64,000 nt of DNA. It comes from Candidatus Bathyarchaeota archaeon. Its GTDB lineage: Archaea > Thermoproteota > Bathyarchaeia > Bathyarchaeales > Bathycorpusculaceae. Positions 31,182-41,494 of this stretch are shown here, piece by piece. Numbering within the stretch: the first letter of the stretch is position 1; every line of letters starts with the position of its first letter. The notes beneath the pieces are model-generated. The model had not been told where the DNA came from, made no database searches, and was given only the letters and a program-made list of their open reading frames with translations. The position numbers and the translations under genes were made by a program. The stretch is taken from the NCBI GenBank assembly GCA_963707955.1, contig OY970176.1:480001-544000 (forward strand), given 5' to 3'.

Positions 31182-31820
31182 TCAATCTGCCAAAAGTTGC
31201 TTTTTCTCTTTGTCGGTCAGGTCTCTGTAGCCCTTGACATCTATGACCGCAACGTTGAAACTGTCTCCACTTGCGGAGTCGCGTTTCATCGCAGCGTCAA
31301 CCGCTTTGACTATCACTGGTAGCATCTCTCTAACAGGAACATCGTCCTTGTACTTCTCCTCTAGAATGCCATACGCGACGGGTGAACCCGAACCTGTGGA
31401 CACGTATTTCTCCTCCGTCAGACTGCCAAACGGGTCTATTGAAAATATGTGAGGACCTGTATCATCTAAGCCGCCGACGAGAACCTGAGCCAGCAAAGGC
31501 ACGTATCTAGCTGAGAAAAGAAGGTTCGAAAGCAATCTTGCCGCTGAGCTGATTGGCAAAGGCCTGCCAAGTTCGATCTTATAAAGCTTGGCATTGGTCG
31601 TTAGTATGTCGACAGCTTTTTGAGCATCAGCTAAACTTCCGGCAATAGTCATCGCTAAGTGATCGTCTATCTGGTACACCTTCTTCCCATGCTTGTGTGC
31701 CACGTAAAATCCCATGGTGACACGTGTATCCGAGGCCATTATTACTCCGTCCTTACAGACAACGCCTACGGTCGTTGTTCCTTTTAGTGTTAGTCGATTT
31801 ACCTCATCGTTATTTGTCAT
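31182..31820 (-). CDS. psmB: Proteasome subunit beta
   Basis: Propeptide followed by G|TTTVG; TGSGS. Confidence 0.97.
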   Translation of the reverse strand: MTNNDEVNRLTLKGTTTVGVVCKDGVIMASDTRVTMGFYVAHKHGKKVYQIDDHLAMTIAGSLADAQKAVDILTTNAKLYKIELGRPLPISSAARLLSNLLFSARYVPLLAQVLVGGLDDTGPHIFSIDPFGSLTEEKYVSTGSGSPVAYGILEEKYKDDVPVREMLPVIVKAVDAAMKRDSASGDSFNVAVIDVKGYRDLTDKEKKQLLAD

Positions 31821-32137
31821 TTTGTTTCTCTCCTAAAACCCAATGATATCGGCAAATTACTTCGCGAGGAAGCAGCATCATGTTATCATTGCTAGGGTGT
31901 TTATTAACATTGCGCCTCGAAATTTCGGGAAAGGGGTGTGCAATTGCCCCCTAATTCATAAGTCAAATGGAAGGAATAGTAGTCTTAATCAACGGAAGAA
32001 CATCTTCCACCTGTTTCAGGGACATTTTCCTCAAGCAGATACGCATTGAACGAGTTGCCCTTCGACGCTTGGCTGAAGTCTTTCAATCGCAAGGATTATT
32101 AGACAAGGTCAATGAATAATAAAAAGGGGGGTGTCAG

Positions 32138-32635
32138 GTGAGTGAGAAAGAAAAAGAGAGGATGAAACTCCTGTTCGAATTGATAAAGGGTGCAAGAAGA
32201 AGCGACAGAGAGCTTGCGAAGGCTCTGAAAATCTCCCAGCCAACAGTAACGCGGAAGAGAACACGTTTAGAAATGGAAGGACTCATAGAAGAGTACACGA
32301 TTGTGCCAAACCTTGCAAGAATTGGTTTTGAAATCATTGCGTTCACCTTTCTTGCCTTCACGGAATCGACCCCAGAACTACTGGAAAGGGCACGTGAATG
32401 GTGCAGGAAGCAGCCAAACGTCATTTTTGCATCAGATGGCGAAGGCTTGGGAATGAACAGCATTATTGTCTCTGTACACAAGAACTATGCTAGCTTTTCG
32501 AAGTTGATCACCACTCTCAGGCAAGATTGGCAGCCTAATCTTAAAGACGCACAGAGCTTCATCCTAAGCATGAACAGGCCAGAGCTGACTGTCAAGCCGT
32601 TCTCCTTCAGGTATCTCGAACGAGCGAATGTTTAG
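32138..32635 (+). CDS. Lrp/AsnC family transcriptional regulator
   Basis: RRSDRELAKALKISQPTVTR HTH. Confidence 0.88.
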   Translation: MSEKEKERMKLLFELIKGARRSDRELAKALKISQPTVTRKRTRLEMEGLIEEYTIVPNLARIGFEIIAFTFLAFTESTPELLERAREWCRKQPNVIFASDGEGLGMNSIIVSVHKNYASFSKLITTLRQDWQPNLKDAQSFILSMNRPELTVKPFSFRYLERANV

Positions 32636-32881
32636 AGCCGCCGACTCCTCAGCGTGAACCTGACAATGCTTTGGACCGTTCACAGCCTTAGATCTGTTTG
32701 AACCCACAAAAATTGGCAAATGCCGAGGCGATTTCGCTTCTTCTTTCCGCGAGGCTTCTTTTCAATGTGCATCCTTAAAGAAGTTCATTGAAGGATTCAG
32801 AAAGCGTCCGCAACTTGGAAAGGCAACTCTTTTTAAGGCTTGACTACAAATCGCTATGAAAGAAAAAAATAGAACCCAACC

Positions 32882-33946
32882 GTGGTTTGTGTGCACTTGA
32901 GACATCATCGGATGCAGCTTCCTAGAGAGGTGATTGTTGGAAACGGCGCAGTGGAACGGGTTGCTGAAGTCACTAGAAGATTGGGGTTCAACCTGTCGGC
33001 GCTCGTGATAGCAGGTTCAAAAACGAACGATATTGCGGGAAAGAGAGTGAGAGAGCTTCTGGAGCAAGCAGGGATGGTAGTCGAGACCATGCTTGTTGAA
33101 GCTGCTACGATCAAAGATGTCGACCGCGTTGAAGAGAGTATAAGGGCTTTTAAGCCTCAGGTTGTCCTCGGAGTAGGCGGCGGAACTAAAATAGACGTCG
33201 CCAAATGTAGCTCCGCGCGGTCAGAGGTTCCGTTCATCAGCGTTCCAACGACAGCATCGCATGACGGAATAGCCAGTCCCTTGTCTTCGATCAAGGGCTC
33301 GGAAAAACCGTATTCAGTGATGGCTCAGGCACCCTTGGCCATAATAGCGGACACGAAAATCATAATGCAGGCTCCTTGGCGACTCGCAGTAAGCGGCTAT
33401 GAAGATGTTGTTGCAAAGTTCACGGCGGTCAAGGATTGGAAGCTTGCCCACATGGAAAGGAACGAGTATTTCGGCGGGTACGCTGCAAGTCTGGCCCTGA
33501 TGAGCGCAAAGCACGTCATGTTCAACGTGCAACTGGTGAAGGAGAAGAGCGAGGAGGGTTTGCGAGTTCTGCTAGAGGCTTTGATAAGCTGCGGTGTTTC
33601 TATGAGCATCGCTGGAAGTAGCCGCCCTTGCAGCGGCTCAGAGCATCTTTTCAGCCACGCGCTTGAGATTATCAGCCCCAACTGCGCCTTGCACGGTGAA
33701 CGTTGCGGAGTCGGGACCGTGATGATGGCCTACCTGCACGGTACTAATTGGAAGCGCATTAGAGAGGTGCTAAGGAAGTTGGGGGCCCCGACGAGTGCTG
33801 AAGAGCTTGGTGTGGAGCGGAACGACGTTTTGAATGCCCTAGAGTTGGCTGCTTCATTGAGACCTGAAAGGTTTACGATTTTGAACAAGCTGAGTTTGAA
33901 CAGGGACGCCTATGAGCACCTTGCGAAAGTGACAGAAGTAATATAA
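32882..33946 (+). CDS. egsA: Glycerol-1-phosphate dehydrogenase
   Basis: GGGTKIDVAK, PTTASHDG, SRPCSGSEHLFSHAL, LHGE. Confidence 0.95.
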   Translation: MVCVHLRHHRMQLPREVIVGNGAVERVAEVTRRLGFNLSALVIAGSKTNDIAGKRVRELLEQAGMVVETMLVEAATIKDVDRVEESIRAFKPQVVLGVGGGTKIDVAKCSSARSEVPFISVPTTASHDGIASPLSSIKGSEKPYSVMAQAPLAIIADTKIIMQAPWRLAVSGYEDVVAKFTAVKDWKLAHMERNEYFGGYAASLALMSAKHVMFNVQLVKEKSEEGLRVLLEALISCGVSMSIAGSSRPCSGSEHLFSHALEIISPNCALHGERCGVGTVMMAYLHGTNWKRIREVLRKLGAPTSAEELGVERNDVLNALELAASLRPERFTILNKLSLNRDAYEHLAKVTEVI

Positions 33947-33948
33947 TA

Positions 33949-34060
33949 TCGCGCACGTCGAATTTTCGCTGTTTCTGCGTTCTCACACATTTATCATGAT
34001 GGCGGCTTAAAATTCCCCGTTTCGCGTTTTGCCTCGTCTAACACACCTACCCCCTCCCCC
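33949..34060 (+). repeat. Degenerate dispersed element copy plus GCCTCGTCTA/C-tract module
   Basis: TCGCGCAC directly after the egsA stop; TAAAATTCCCCGTTTCGCGTTTTGCCTCGTCTA...TACCCCCTCCCCC. Confidence 0.6.
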
Positions 34061-34160
34061 TCGGTTTTCCGTGCGAAGAGTCCTTTGAACAGGCTTTTCA
34101 TAGTTACTTAGACAGTCGGCCGAGTGGGCCCGGCCGGTTGTCAAGACTAGCGCTGTTGGT

Positions 34161-34913
34161 TTATGTCGTCGATTTCGCTTCAGTTTTGGGTCTTGTTTCT
34201 TTCTCAGGTTTTGCTTCAGCTTTCTTAGGTTCGACCTTGAAGGTTTCAGTGAACTTAACGGCGGTTATTTCTGGGAAGAATCTTTGTATGTCGTTGGCTG
34301 TGCCTCTTTTGGCCACTTGAACGCCTTCGAGGTAAAATGCTTCCTCAGGCATTTCAACGCTGACCGCATTCGTCTTCAGTATGAACCCAAACTTGTTCTC
34401 TTCCACAGCGAGTACTCTTCTGTGAATTAGCGCGGCGATTTTTTCTTTCTTTGTCTCGAGCTTCTTCTTCAGCGTTACCTCGTAGACCAAGGTTTTTCCT
34501 GCCAGTGGAGGGTTAAAATCAAGCAGAACTCGCCCAGCTCCAATGGCTCGAACGGTGGCACTCTTGCCGCCGTATTCAATTCGCATTCCAACGCTTGGAG
34601 TGATGTCTCTTGCTAGTAATTGTTTCAGCGCGACGCGTTTGACTTTCTCTGGGTCTCTTTGTCCGAACGCTTTTTCAGGCGGTATTTCAACAGTAGCGGG
34701 TTTGCCAACCTCCATTGTCGTTAGGCTGTCATCCAGTGTTTTTAGGACCCATCCTTCGCCTATAACCACAAGTTTGGACTCATATATGTCGCCTTCTTTG
34801 TACAGATGCTCCTTTTTAGCTGTCTCTTCAATCGTTGTGTCAAAGATCTCCCCTGTCTCCTTCACCTTTGCAACATATTCCATTAGTATGAAGTCACCCT
34901 TCTGCAAACTCAT
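34161..34913 (-). CDS. slyD: FKBP-type peptidyl-prolyl isomerase (long archaeal SlyD type)
   Basis: IPPEKAFG, LDFNPPLAGKTL. Confidence 0.92.
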   Translation of the reverse strand: MSLQKGDFILMEYVAKVKETGEIFDTTIEETAKKEHLYKEGDIYESKLVVIGEGWVLKTLDDSLTTMEVGKPATVEIPPEKAFGQRDPEKVKRVALKQLLARDITPSVGMRIEYGGKSATVRAIGAGRVLLDFNPPLAGKTLVYEVTLKKKLETKKEKIAALIHRRVLAVEENKFGFILKTNAVSVEMPEEAFYLEGVQVAKRGTANDIQRFFPEITAVKFTETFKVEPKKAEAKPEKETRPKTEAKSTT

Positions 34914-35199
34914 TGTGCATCATCCTTTCCAAAGCATTGGCAAACTAGGTTTTAAACCGCAATAAAGCTTTCGCCCTTAGAACTCTCGTTCTTGATCAGC
35001 TGATGGGCAATTCAGACATTCTTTCTTTATTGCTCTGCCTGACGTGCGGTCTGATGTCTGCAACAACCAGACTGAGGCATCGGGGAGCTCGAGGCGGCGC
35101 GCCCAACATGCCAGAATTTGATAGAAGGAATGAGTAAGGCTGTTTTGGAGTTCTACACTTCATTAAAAAGGTTTATTAAGTCTTAATATACCTTAATAC

Positions 35200-35394
35200 T
35201 TGTCTGCTTCGGCAGGTGAGTCCAAGACGAAGAAAACAAGCCTTGCCCGAAAAGAACCATCTTCTCTTTTGAGTCAGAAGAACAAGCAAAAGGAGGAACC
35301 CGACTTGGAAGTAACTGTTTTGCTAACAGATTCGCCTCTTGAAATGAGGAAGCGAGAGGCAAGTAAGCCGCTCTATCTCACTCGATACGAGTAG
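35200..35394 (+). CDS. Small hypothetical protein
   Basis: Strong TATA (TTTATTAA) upstream; 64-aa ORF with no recognisable motif. Confidence 0.4.
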   Translation: MSASAGESKTKKTSLARKEPSSLLSQKNKQKEEPDLEVTVLLTDSPLEMRKREASKPLYLTRYE

Positions 35395-35612
35395 AAAACG
35401 TTTGTGAAACAGCCTGAAGACGTGAGCTTCAGGTAAATTCTCAGTTATTTTTTCCTACCGTCTGACCTGAAATTCGTTGCGTCTGATTCAATTTCTCCGA
35501 AGACGTTTACGATCGACCTTTTCCTTCTTCAGTTACATGATAACAAGAATTAAATAGTATCTTCTAGTAGTGCTTACTTCTTTAACTTGAAATGTAATCG
35601 AGGTGATAACAA

Positions 35613-35825
35613 ATGGTCAGTGAAGGAAAAGGTCGCCTTTTCAGAAGGAAAGACGGAAAGTACCTGCTATACATACCGGTGGACCTGGCTGAGGACAGTA
35701 TGTTTCCATTCAAAGAGTACAAGAAGACTAAAAGGGGAACTGACGCCATTCCTGTTAAAGTTGCTTTCAAGCAGGGAGAGAAGAGGCTCCTGATAGAAAG
35801 ATGGAATGAACCTGCTGAAGAGTAG
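35613..35825 (+). CDS. Small AbrB/SpoVT-like DNA-binding protein
   Basis: GRLFRRKDGKYLLYIPVDLAED..FPFK swapped-hairpin pattern; GAGGTGA RBS. Confidence 0.6.
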   Translation: MVSEGKGRLFRRKDGKYLLYIPVDLAEDSMFPFKEYKKTKRGTDAIPVKVAFKQGEKRLLIERWNEPAEE

Positions 35826-35924
35826 AAGCAAGCATATCACCTTGCACAGATGCCACGACCAAACCTAAAAAGGCTTGCCAGTTTGGCAACAACCGTGGCT
35901 CCCCAAACTCTAACTTCTTTCCTT

Positions 35925-36289
35925 CTACTCAGTTAGTCCTTCAAGGATTTCATTCGCTGTTCTGATGCTGATTTTCCTGCTCTTTAGTTTCGTTGATTTT
36001 TCGATTTGACTCAGGGCCAAGACCTCTGTCTGTCGTAATGTATGACCAGAATGAACCCTGCCGACAGTATGGAAAAACCAAAAAAAGTCAGGATCAGTCC
36101 CAGTGTACCGGATTGACTTAGGGGTTGTTGAAGCATGAATGGAAAAAGATTCAGCTGCCCCACAGCCATAATCGTGACGATGAGGCCCCCTATCAGCAGG
36201 TTCATGCCAAGGGTCATCATCAAGAACGCTAGGATTTCGCTATGGGCGTTCTGCTAAGCCTTTCTGTACAGAAAGTCTTCATAAGACAA
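35925..36289 (-). pseudogene. Small two-TM membrane protein with an in-frame TAG and a frameshift
   Basis: MSYEDFLYRKA*QNAHSEILAFLMMTLG... (TAG at 36254-36256); after RQRSW a shifted frame continues LSQIEKSTKLKSRKISIRTANEILEGLTE*. Confidence 0.6.
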
Positions 36290-36569
36290 TTGTTACCATT
36301 CAACGCTCTGGAACTCACGCAGAACGTGTTGGACAAAAATAGTAAGGTTTGTGATTTTCTGATTAGGATTCAAAATACAATTTTGCACCGTTGAGATCAT
36401 TGCCTACAAATTGGAACGCGTTTGGCAGACAAGTCCTGCGAGATGTCGAGTTACAATGGTTCAGCAACCAAGTTGAGATGCGTCAGAGGGGTCATCGGCG
36501 CTGATGTTGAGATTCCCATAAAATGCGCGTGTTAAAATAAGGTGAGGATCGAAATCTTACTGTCTAGGC

Positions 36570-36803
36570 TCAACTGTTGATGGTTCTGGAAGTATGAGAC
36601 GCGCCAGTCTTCGAATCCTCTGCCACCTTATCAGACGTCAAACACGATCTCTTTGGAAGGTCATGAGGATGTCGTTTTAATCGCACTCGATTGTGACAGT
36701 AAGGGCACATTTCACGACTTGAACTGTCAAATGCCAAAGCTGTTCTCGCAATCCAGCGCTCGCAATGGCCACAGTAGGCACTGTGTTCATATTTCCTGTT
36801 CAT
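36570..36803 (-). CDS. Small zinc-ribbon protein
   Basis: CGHC...CPYC; directly downstream of htrA. Confidence 0.6.
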   Translation of the reverse strand: MNRKYEHSAYCGHCERWIARTALAFDSSSREMCPYCHNRVRLKRHPHDLPKRSCLTSDKVAEDSKTGASHTSRTINS

Positions 36804-36823
36804 CGTGATCGCTCGCTTGGCAC

Positions 36824-38080
36824 TTATGTTGGTGGCGGTCGCGTTCCTAGCGTCAGCGACAAAGTTAGATTCTCGTCGTTTCTTACCACCACTATACTGA
36901 TCGTTTGGCCTGGTGAAGTTGACTCTTCCAAGTAAGTTGAGAGATCGTCCGTGGTCGTGATTCTTGTGTTGTTGATTGCTATTACGATGTCTCCTCCTAT
37001 TGTCACCGACGTTCCAGAAGCAGTGTCCTGGAATCGGGTTGCGCCGGTTCGGAGACCAGCTTTGTCCGCTGGTCCTCCGCTTGTGACCTGAGTGATTAGC
37101 ACACCGTAGGTTACGTTTGTGCTCATCGCTTGTGCAATCGCATAATCCATGCTATAGCCGGATGTTCCTAACCAAGGATGACTGTCATATGAACCCGTTG
37201 TGATCAAAGATTCCGCTTCTCGCAGTATCATGCTCGAAGGGATTGCCAGCCCCAACCCTTGAGCAGCCACTCCTTCGTAAGTTGCAGTGTAGGAGGTTAT
37301 GCCGACGACTTCACCTTGATAGTTCAAGAGTGGCCCTCCTGAGTTACCCGGGTTTATTGGCGCCGTCATCTGTATGCAATCTGCTATGTCATAGCTGGAC
37401 CAGGACACCGAGACTGTCCTACCCAAGGCGCTGACTATTCCCGAAGTCATTGATCCTGTGTATCCCAAGGGATTGCCGACGGCGAACACGGGGTCGCCAA
37501 CCTTTAAGGTTGATGAACTCGTGATTCCAAGGGGCTTGTACTCGTACTGTGGCGCCTTTGCTGAAAGCACCGCAAGATCCGCGTAAGGATCTGTACCGGT
37601 CACGTTAGCTGCGTAAGTGTCTCCGTCAGCGAACGTTACGGTAACGTTGATTGCGCTTTCGACAACGTGGTAGTTTGTGATGATGACAAATTGCCCGGTC
37701 AAGTTGGAGACAAAGCCTGAGCCCTCAACCCCTGAGTAGTAGGGATTACCGAAAAAGTCGTATTCTACTAATATTCCTTGAACCATGACGACAGAGTCTT
37801 TGACCTGCTTGTACAATTGAGACAGCGAAACATTGTCTTCTAGAAGATAAGTGTTGTTCTCGTAAGTGACGTTGTCGGAGGATGAGCCTTGTGTCGACTT
37901 GAGACCTGTAACCTGTTTGTTAAGAGTTGACACTTCGCTTTGGAGGCTGCTGATTTGGCTTGAAGTGGCCAAGCTGCTCATGCCATACCCGAATATTCCT
38001 CCAATCAACAAACTTATGATGACTGTCGCGATCAAAACCGCGGATAGATGCCGGGCTTTTGGTCTTTCAGGCAATTCCAA
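36824..38080 (-). CDS. htrA: HtrA/DegP serine protease with PDZ domain
   Basis: TNYHVV, DLAVL, NPGNSGGPL; N-terminal TM helix plus coiled coil. Confidence 0.95.
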   Translation of the reverse strand: MELPERPKARHLSAVLIATVIISLLIGGIFGYGMSSLATSSQISSLQSEVSTLNKQVTGLKSTQGSSSDNVTYENNTYLLEDNVSLSQLYKQVKDSVVMVQGILVEYDFFGNPYYSGVEGSGFVSNLTGQFVIITNYHVVESAINVTVTFADGDTYAANVTGTDPYADLAVLSAKAPQYEYKPLGITSSSTLKVGDPVFAVGNPLGYTGSMTSGIVSALGRTVSVSWSSYDIADCIQMTAPINPGNSGGPLLNYQGEVVGITSYTATYEGVAAQGLGLAIPSSMILREAESLITTGSYDSHPWLGTSGYSMDYAIAQAMSTNVTYGVLITQVTSGGPADKAGLRTGATRFQDTASGTSVTIGGDIVIAINNTRITTTDDLSTYLEESTSPGQTISIVVVRNDENLTLSLTLGTRPPPT

Positions 38081-38099
38081 TTACAATCCTCCTTAATCA

Positions 38100-38882
38100 T
38101 TATAGTCTTTTTCTGCAATTGGGACATCTTTCGTCGCTGGGCTGAATCTTGCTCCCACAGTGTGGACACATGAGCTTCTTCCTTACTAGATGAAGCCCCT
38201 GCTTTTCCTTCGTGATTTTTCCATCCTGTAGAAGGAGCATTCTCTCAGTATGTGACGCTACTTGACTATCGTGTGTTACCATTATGATCGTGGTTCCTCG
38301 ATCAATGTTCAAGTTTGCGAGTAATCTAACAATTTCATACTTGTTTTTCGTGTCCAGATTTCCAGTAGGTTCATCAGCCAGAATTATGGCTGGATCATTT
38401 GCCAGAGCACGTGCTATCGCCACCCTTTGCTGCTCACCAGCGCTCAACCGCTGTGGCCTGTGTTCTTCTCTTCCTCCCAGCCCTACTAGTTCCAGTAATT
38501 TGCGAGCTTTTTCTTTTCTTTCGGTTTTAGATTTTCTAGTGGATTCCATGGGTAGTTCCACGTTTTCGGCAGCGTTTAGGTATGGCAGAAGGTTGAAAGT
38601 CTGGAAGATAAACCCAATTTTGTTCCTTCTAATTTTGCAGAGTTGTTTGTCGGGCAGTTTTGCGACATCGACTTGGTCCAGGACCATTTTTCCACTTGTT
38701 GGTTTGTCAAGACAGCCTAAAACATTTAGCAGTGTTGTCTTGCCTGAACCAGAAGGCCCCATGATCGCAACAAACTCGCCTTTGTTCACTTGAAGGTTCA
38801 CGCCGGAAAGGGCAGGGATCTTGCGCTTGTTCAAGGTGTAGATTTTCGACAGGCCTTCTGCTTTAAGAATGACTTCACTCAT
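38100..38882 (-). CDS. LolD/MacB-type ABC ATPase with C-terminal zinc ribbon
   Basis: GPSGSGKT, LSAGEQQR, ADEPTGNLD; CPHC...CPNC tail. Confidence 0.92.
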   Translation of the reverse strand: MSEVILKAEGLSKIYTLNKRKIPALSGVNLQVNKGEFVAIMGPSGSGKTTLLNVLGCLDKPTSGKMVLDQVDVAKLPDKQLCKIRRNKIGFIFQTFNLLPYLNAAENVELPMESTRKSKTERKEKARKLLELVGLGGREEHRPQRLSAGEQQRVAIARALANDPAIILADEPTGNLDTKNKYEIVRLLANLNIDRGTTIIMVTHDSQVASHTERMLLLQDGKITKEKQGLHLVRKKLMCPHCGSKIQPSDERCPNCRKRL

Positions 38883-40273
38883 ACCTCATCGCCTCTGCAG
38901 GTCTTGTTCTTGACGCTCTCCAAGCCGGGTACAGACTGCCTACGGCTCCCAGCAACACAGACCGCCCCGATCGCGATCATCATTGTCTGAAGAGAAGGCG
39001 TCACCGTGACGGTCGATGCGCCCAATACTCCAAAGCTAGCAAAGTTGCCGCCGTTCGAAGTTCCTGGACGGAACTGAGAGTTGCCGCTTGAACCGGTTAT
39101 TTGGGGAAGCAGAATCCCCGACAGAAAAGGCGCTCCAACGTAGCCTATCGCTATGCCCACGACGCCGGCTGCGAGACTCAGCAGCATTCCTTCGAGCATA
39201 AACTGGCTCATCACGTTCCAGTTGCCGAAGCCTATCGCCTTGAGCGTACCGATCTCCTTGGTCCTCTCACGCACAGTATACAACATGACAAACAGGACTA
39301 TCAGGCAAGTTGCCACGACTGCAATCATGATTTCTTGAGTTGCGACCGTCTCCGTGTTGCTGAGGGTTGCCTGAGCATTCGTCAACGTCTGGTTGTACAT
39401 AGTCTGCATGTTGTCGAGCTGGCTCAGGCGGTCCTTGTACGTCGTGACCTGAAGACTTGTGTACGCCGCTCCTATCGCCGTGGCTATATCATCCACATCG
39501 GAAACATCGTCCGCGTACACGTCGAGCCTAGTCAAGTTCCCTGTAAGGCCCGTTGCCGTCTGTGCATCAGTGATGTTCATGTACGCACTTCTTGTTTCCG
39601 TGCTTCCCTGGCCCGACGCGTTATAGACCCCGACCACCGTAAAGGACTTGCCGTAGATTGTCACCTTGCCACCGACTCCTACTCCAAAATAGGCCGTGAG
39701 GTTCGAGCTCAAAAGAACGACCCCGCTGTCCCCCTCGCGCAGGTTCCTCCCCGCCGTTATGTTCGTTGGCAAAATGGAATAGTCTTCGATGAAAGAGGAA
39801 TTCAGGGTAATACCCGTAATCGTATAGACAGGCCTAGAAATCGTGAAGCTTCTTCCCTCAGGTCCGCTTATGGTTTCCGAAGTCGTCTCACTGGACGACG
39901 CCGTGAGGAATTCCACAACGTTCTTGACACCGCTAATAGTGCGAATTCCATTGGCAACGGATTCGTTCACATAGGTTTGAGTTTGATTTTGCTGCGACCC
40001 TCCGAACGGAAATCCGGATGATCCACCGGGGAACGTGCCTTGTCCAGAAGTCTGACATTCTATCAGCGTAGCAGTCTTGTTGATTTGTTGTTGCATAGTG
40101 GTCATCGTACTGTTGAAATTCGTGGTCATGGATTGCGCGGCTTCCTGATTTGCCATGATGCCCGCAGGAATCGAAACCATGATTGCCAAAGAAAAGCCCA
40201 AGGCAACGATCACCAATAACGCTCTCATTTTCCTTCTCGACAAGTTCCTAATTGCTCTAGTCAAGGCACCCAT
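38875..40273 (-). CDS. MacB/FtsX-like ABC permease; +1 frameshift near 38959
   Basis: VRERTKEIGTLKAIG motif; removing one base restores the canonical end LLGAVGSLYPAWRASRTRPAEAMRYE*. Confidence 0.9.
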
Positions 40274-40434
40274 ATGGTTCACCGCCACAAAAACGCCGTG
40301 TCTGATCCAAAAAAGAGGGATGGCAAACAGTCAATTTTGGCATCGTTCCACCCAGACGGGGATTAAGGTTTTGAGACTGTTTCACTGCTGCCATCTCCTC
40401 GCTTTGGTTGCAATGTTTCTTCAAGTACAGTGGG

Positions 40435-40483
40435 TTATTAAACCGTTTTTCAGAATTATACCATAATCCGCCCCTAATTTGAA
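40435..40483 (-). promoter_or_regulatory. Promoter with shared operator motif (copy 1), upstream of the ABC-htrA operon
   Basis: Plus strand TTATTAAAC-CGTTTTTCAGAATT; on the minus strand this reads AATTCT-GAAAAAC (BRE)-TTTAATAA (TATA). Confidence 0.7.
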
Positions 40484-41341
40484 TGTGCACTGTTGTCGGC
40501 CATCACAGGCAGAACCTGAAGGACGTAGTCGTTATCGAAGTTCTTTATACCGTTGGATTTGGTGGCTTTAGAACTCAGGTGTTGCTTCCATCTGGCCTCG
40601 TTTAAGCTAATAGCAACATTGTTGAAATCACACACTGGCTAGAATCCTAACTCACCCTATGATGCCTGTTTGACATGAGCAACTTGTGTTATGGCGCAAC
40701 GATGCCAAGCTGCATTGTTTGCACAGAGCCATAAACCATAATTCAAGCAATAATAACTCCTGCCAATCGATAGCATTCATCACATGAATCTGAGGCATCA
40801 TCCTTTCATCAAGAAAGTGACTCGCCTTTTGGCGCCGTCTTTCATTCAGTCCTCCGAGTTCTCGATTCCATACAGTTTAAGGGCGGATGGAAAATCCTTG
40901 GCGGAATGCAGAAAAATCATGACTCTGAGCACATGAACTGCGTCTTGCCCAACCCTTGCAACTTCCTTGCTAACTTTCCGAATAAAGCCTTTCTCAGCAT
41001 CAATTGTGCTTTTGAATTTCTTGGTCACGGATTCCATCCTAATCAACACCCTTTCCTCCGGCGCTTGTCCTCAAGAAAGTCGAATGAAATATTGCGACTT
41101 CCGTCATTGTCTCCACCAACAACGAGGCAAATATCCCATATTTGTCCAATCTAGCCCTCTCCCTTCTTGGTTCTTTCGTCTGTTCTTCTTCTTCGGTTCT
41201 CGCTAAGGTCCAGAGAGACTGAAAGGAGAAAGGAGAGAAGGGAAAAATGATATTCAGCTTTTCTGGGCCTTCACGAGTCCTTCTCGAAGAATGGTTTTTG
41301 CAGACTTGTTCTCAACCTCCAAACTGGTCATGGTCTTCGAA

Positions 41342-41390
41342 TTATTAAGGCGTTTTTCAGAATTTTACCCAATTCCAGCCCTAATCTGAC
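41342..41390 (-). promoter_or_regulatory. Promoter with shared operator motif (copy 2), divergent from the wHTH gene
   Basis: TTATTAAGG-CGTTTTTCAGAATT-TTACCCAATTCCAGCCCTAATCTGA. Confidence 0.7.
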
Positions 41391-41494
41391 CTTAAGCTCC
41401 CGCAGATCTGACGACAAGGACTTGGGGACATATTTATTACCTTAGTTCAAATAGGTTTAGCTAAAAACTCCTTGATGTGTACGGAGCGGTGTGG

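Noticed and set aside
34990-35080. Possible second C/D sRNA (several CTGA and TGATG boxes)
   Set aside because: The C box is degenerate, spacing is atypical, and I could not identify a target.
5271-38962. Programmed +1 ribosomal frameshifting at the four broken genes
   Set aside because: No shared slippery sequence or stop-codon context; sequencing error is more parsimonious.
39101-40021. 306-aa plus-strand ORF and other long antisense ORFs in the track
   Set aside because: Antisense shadows of well-supported genes.
40846-41150. Fragments resembling an ABC ATPase N-terminus (also about 43830-43900)
   Set aside because: Too short and degenerate; no Walker motifs.
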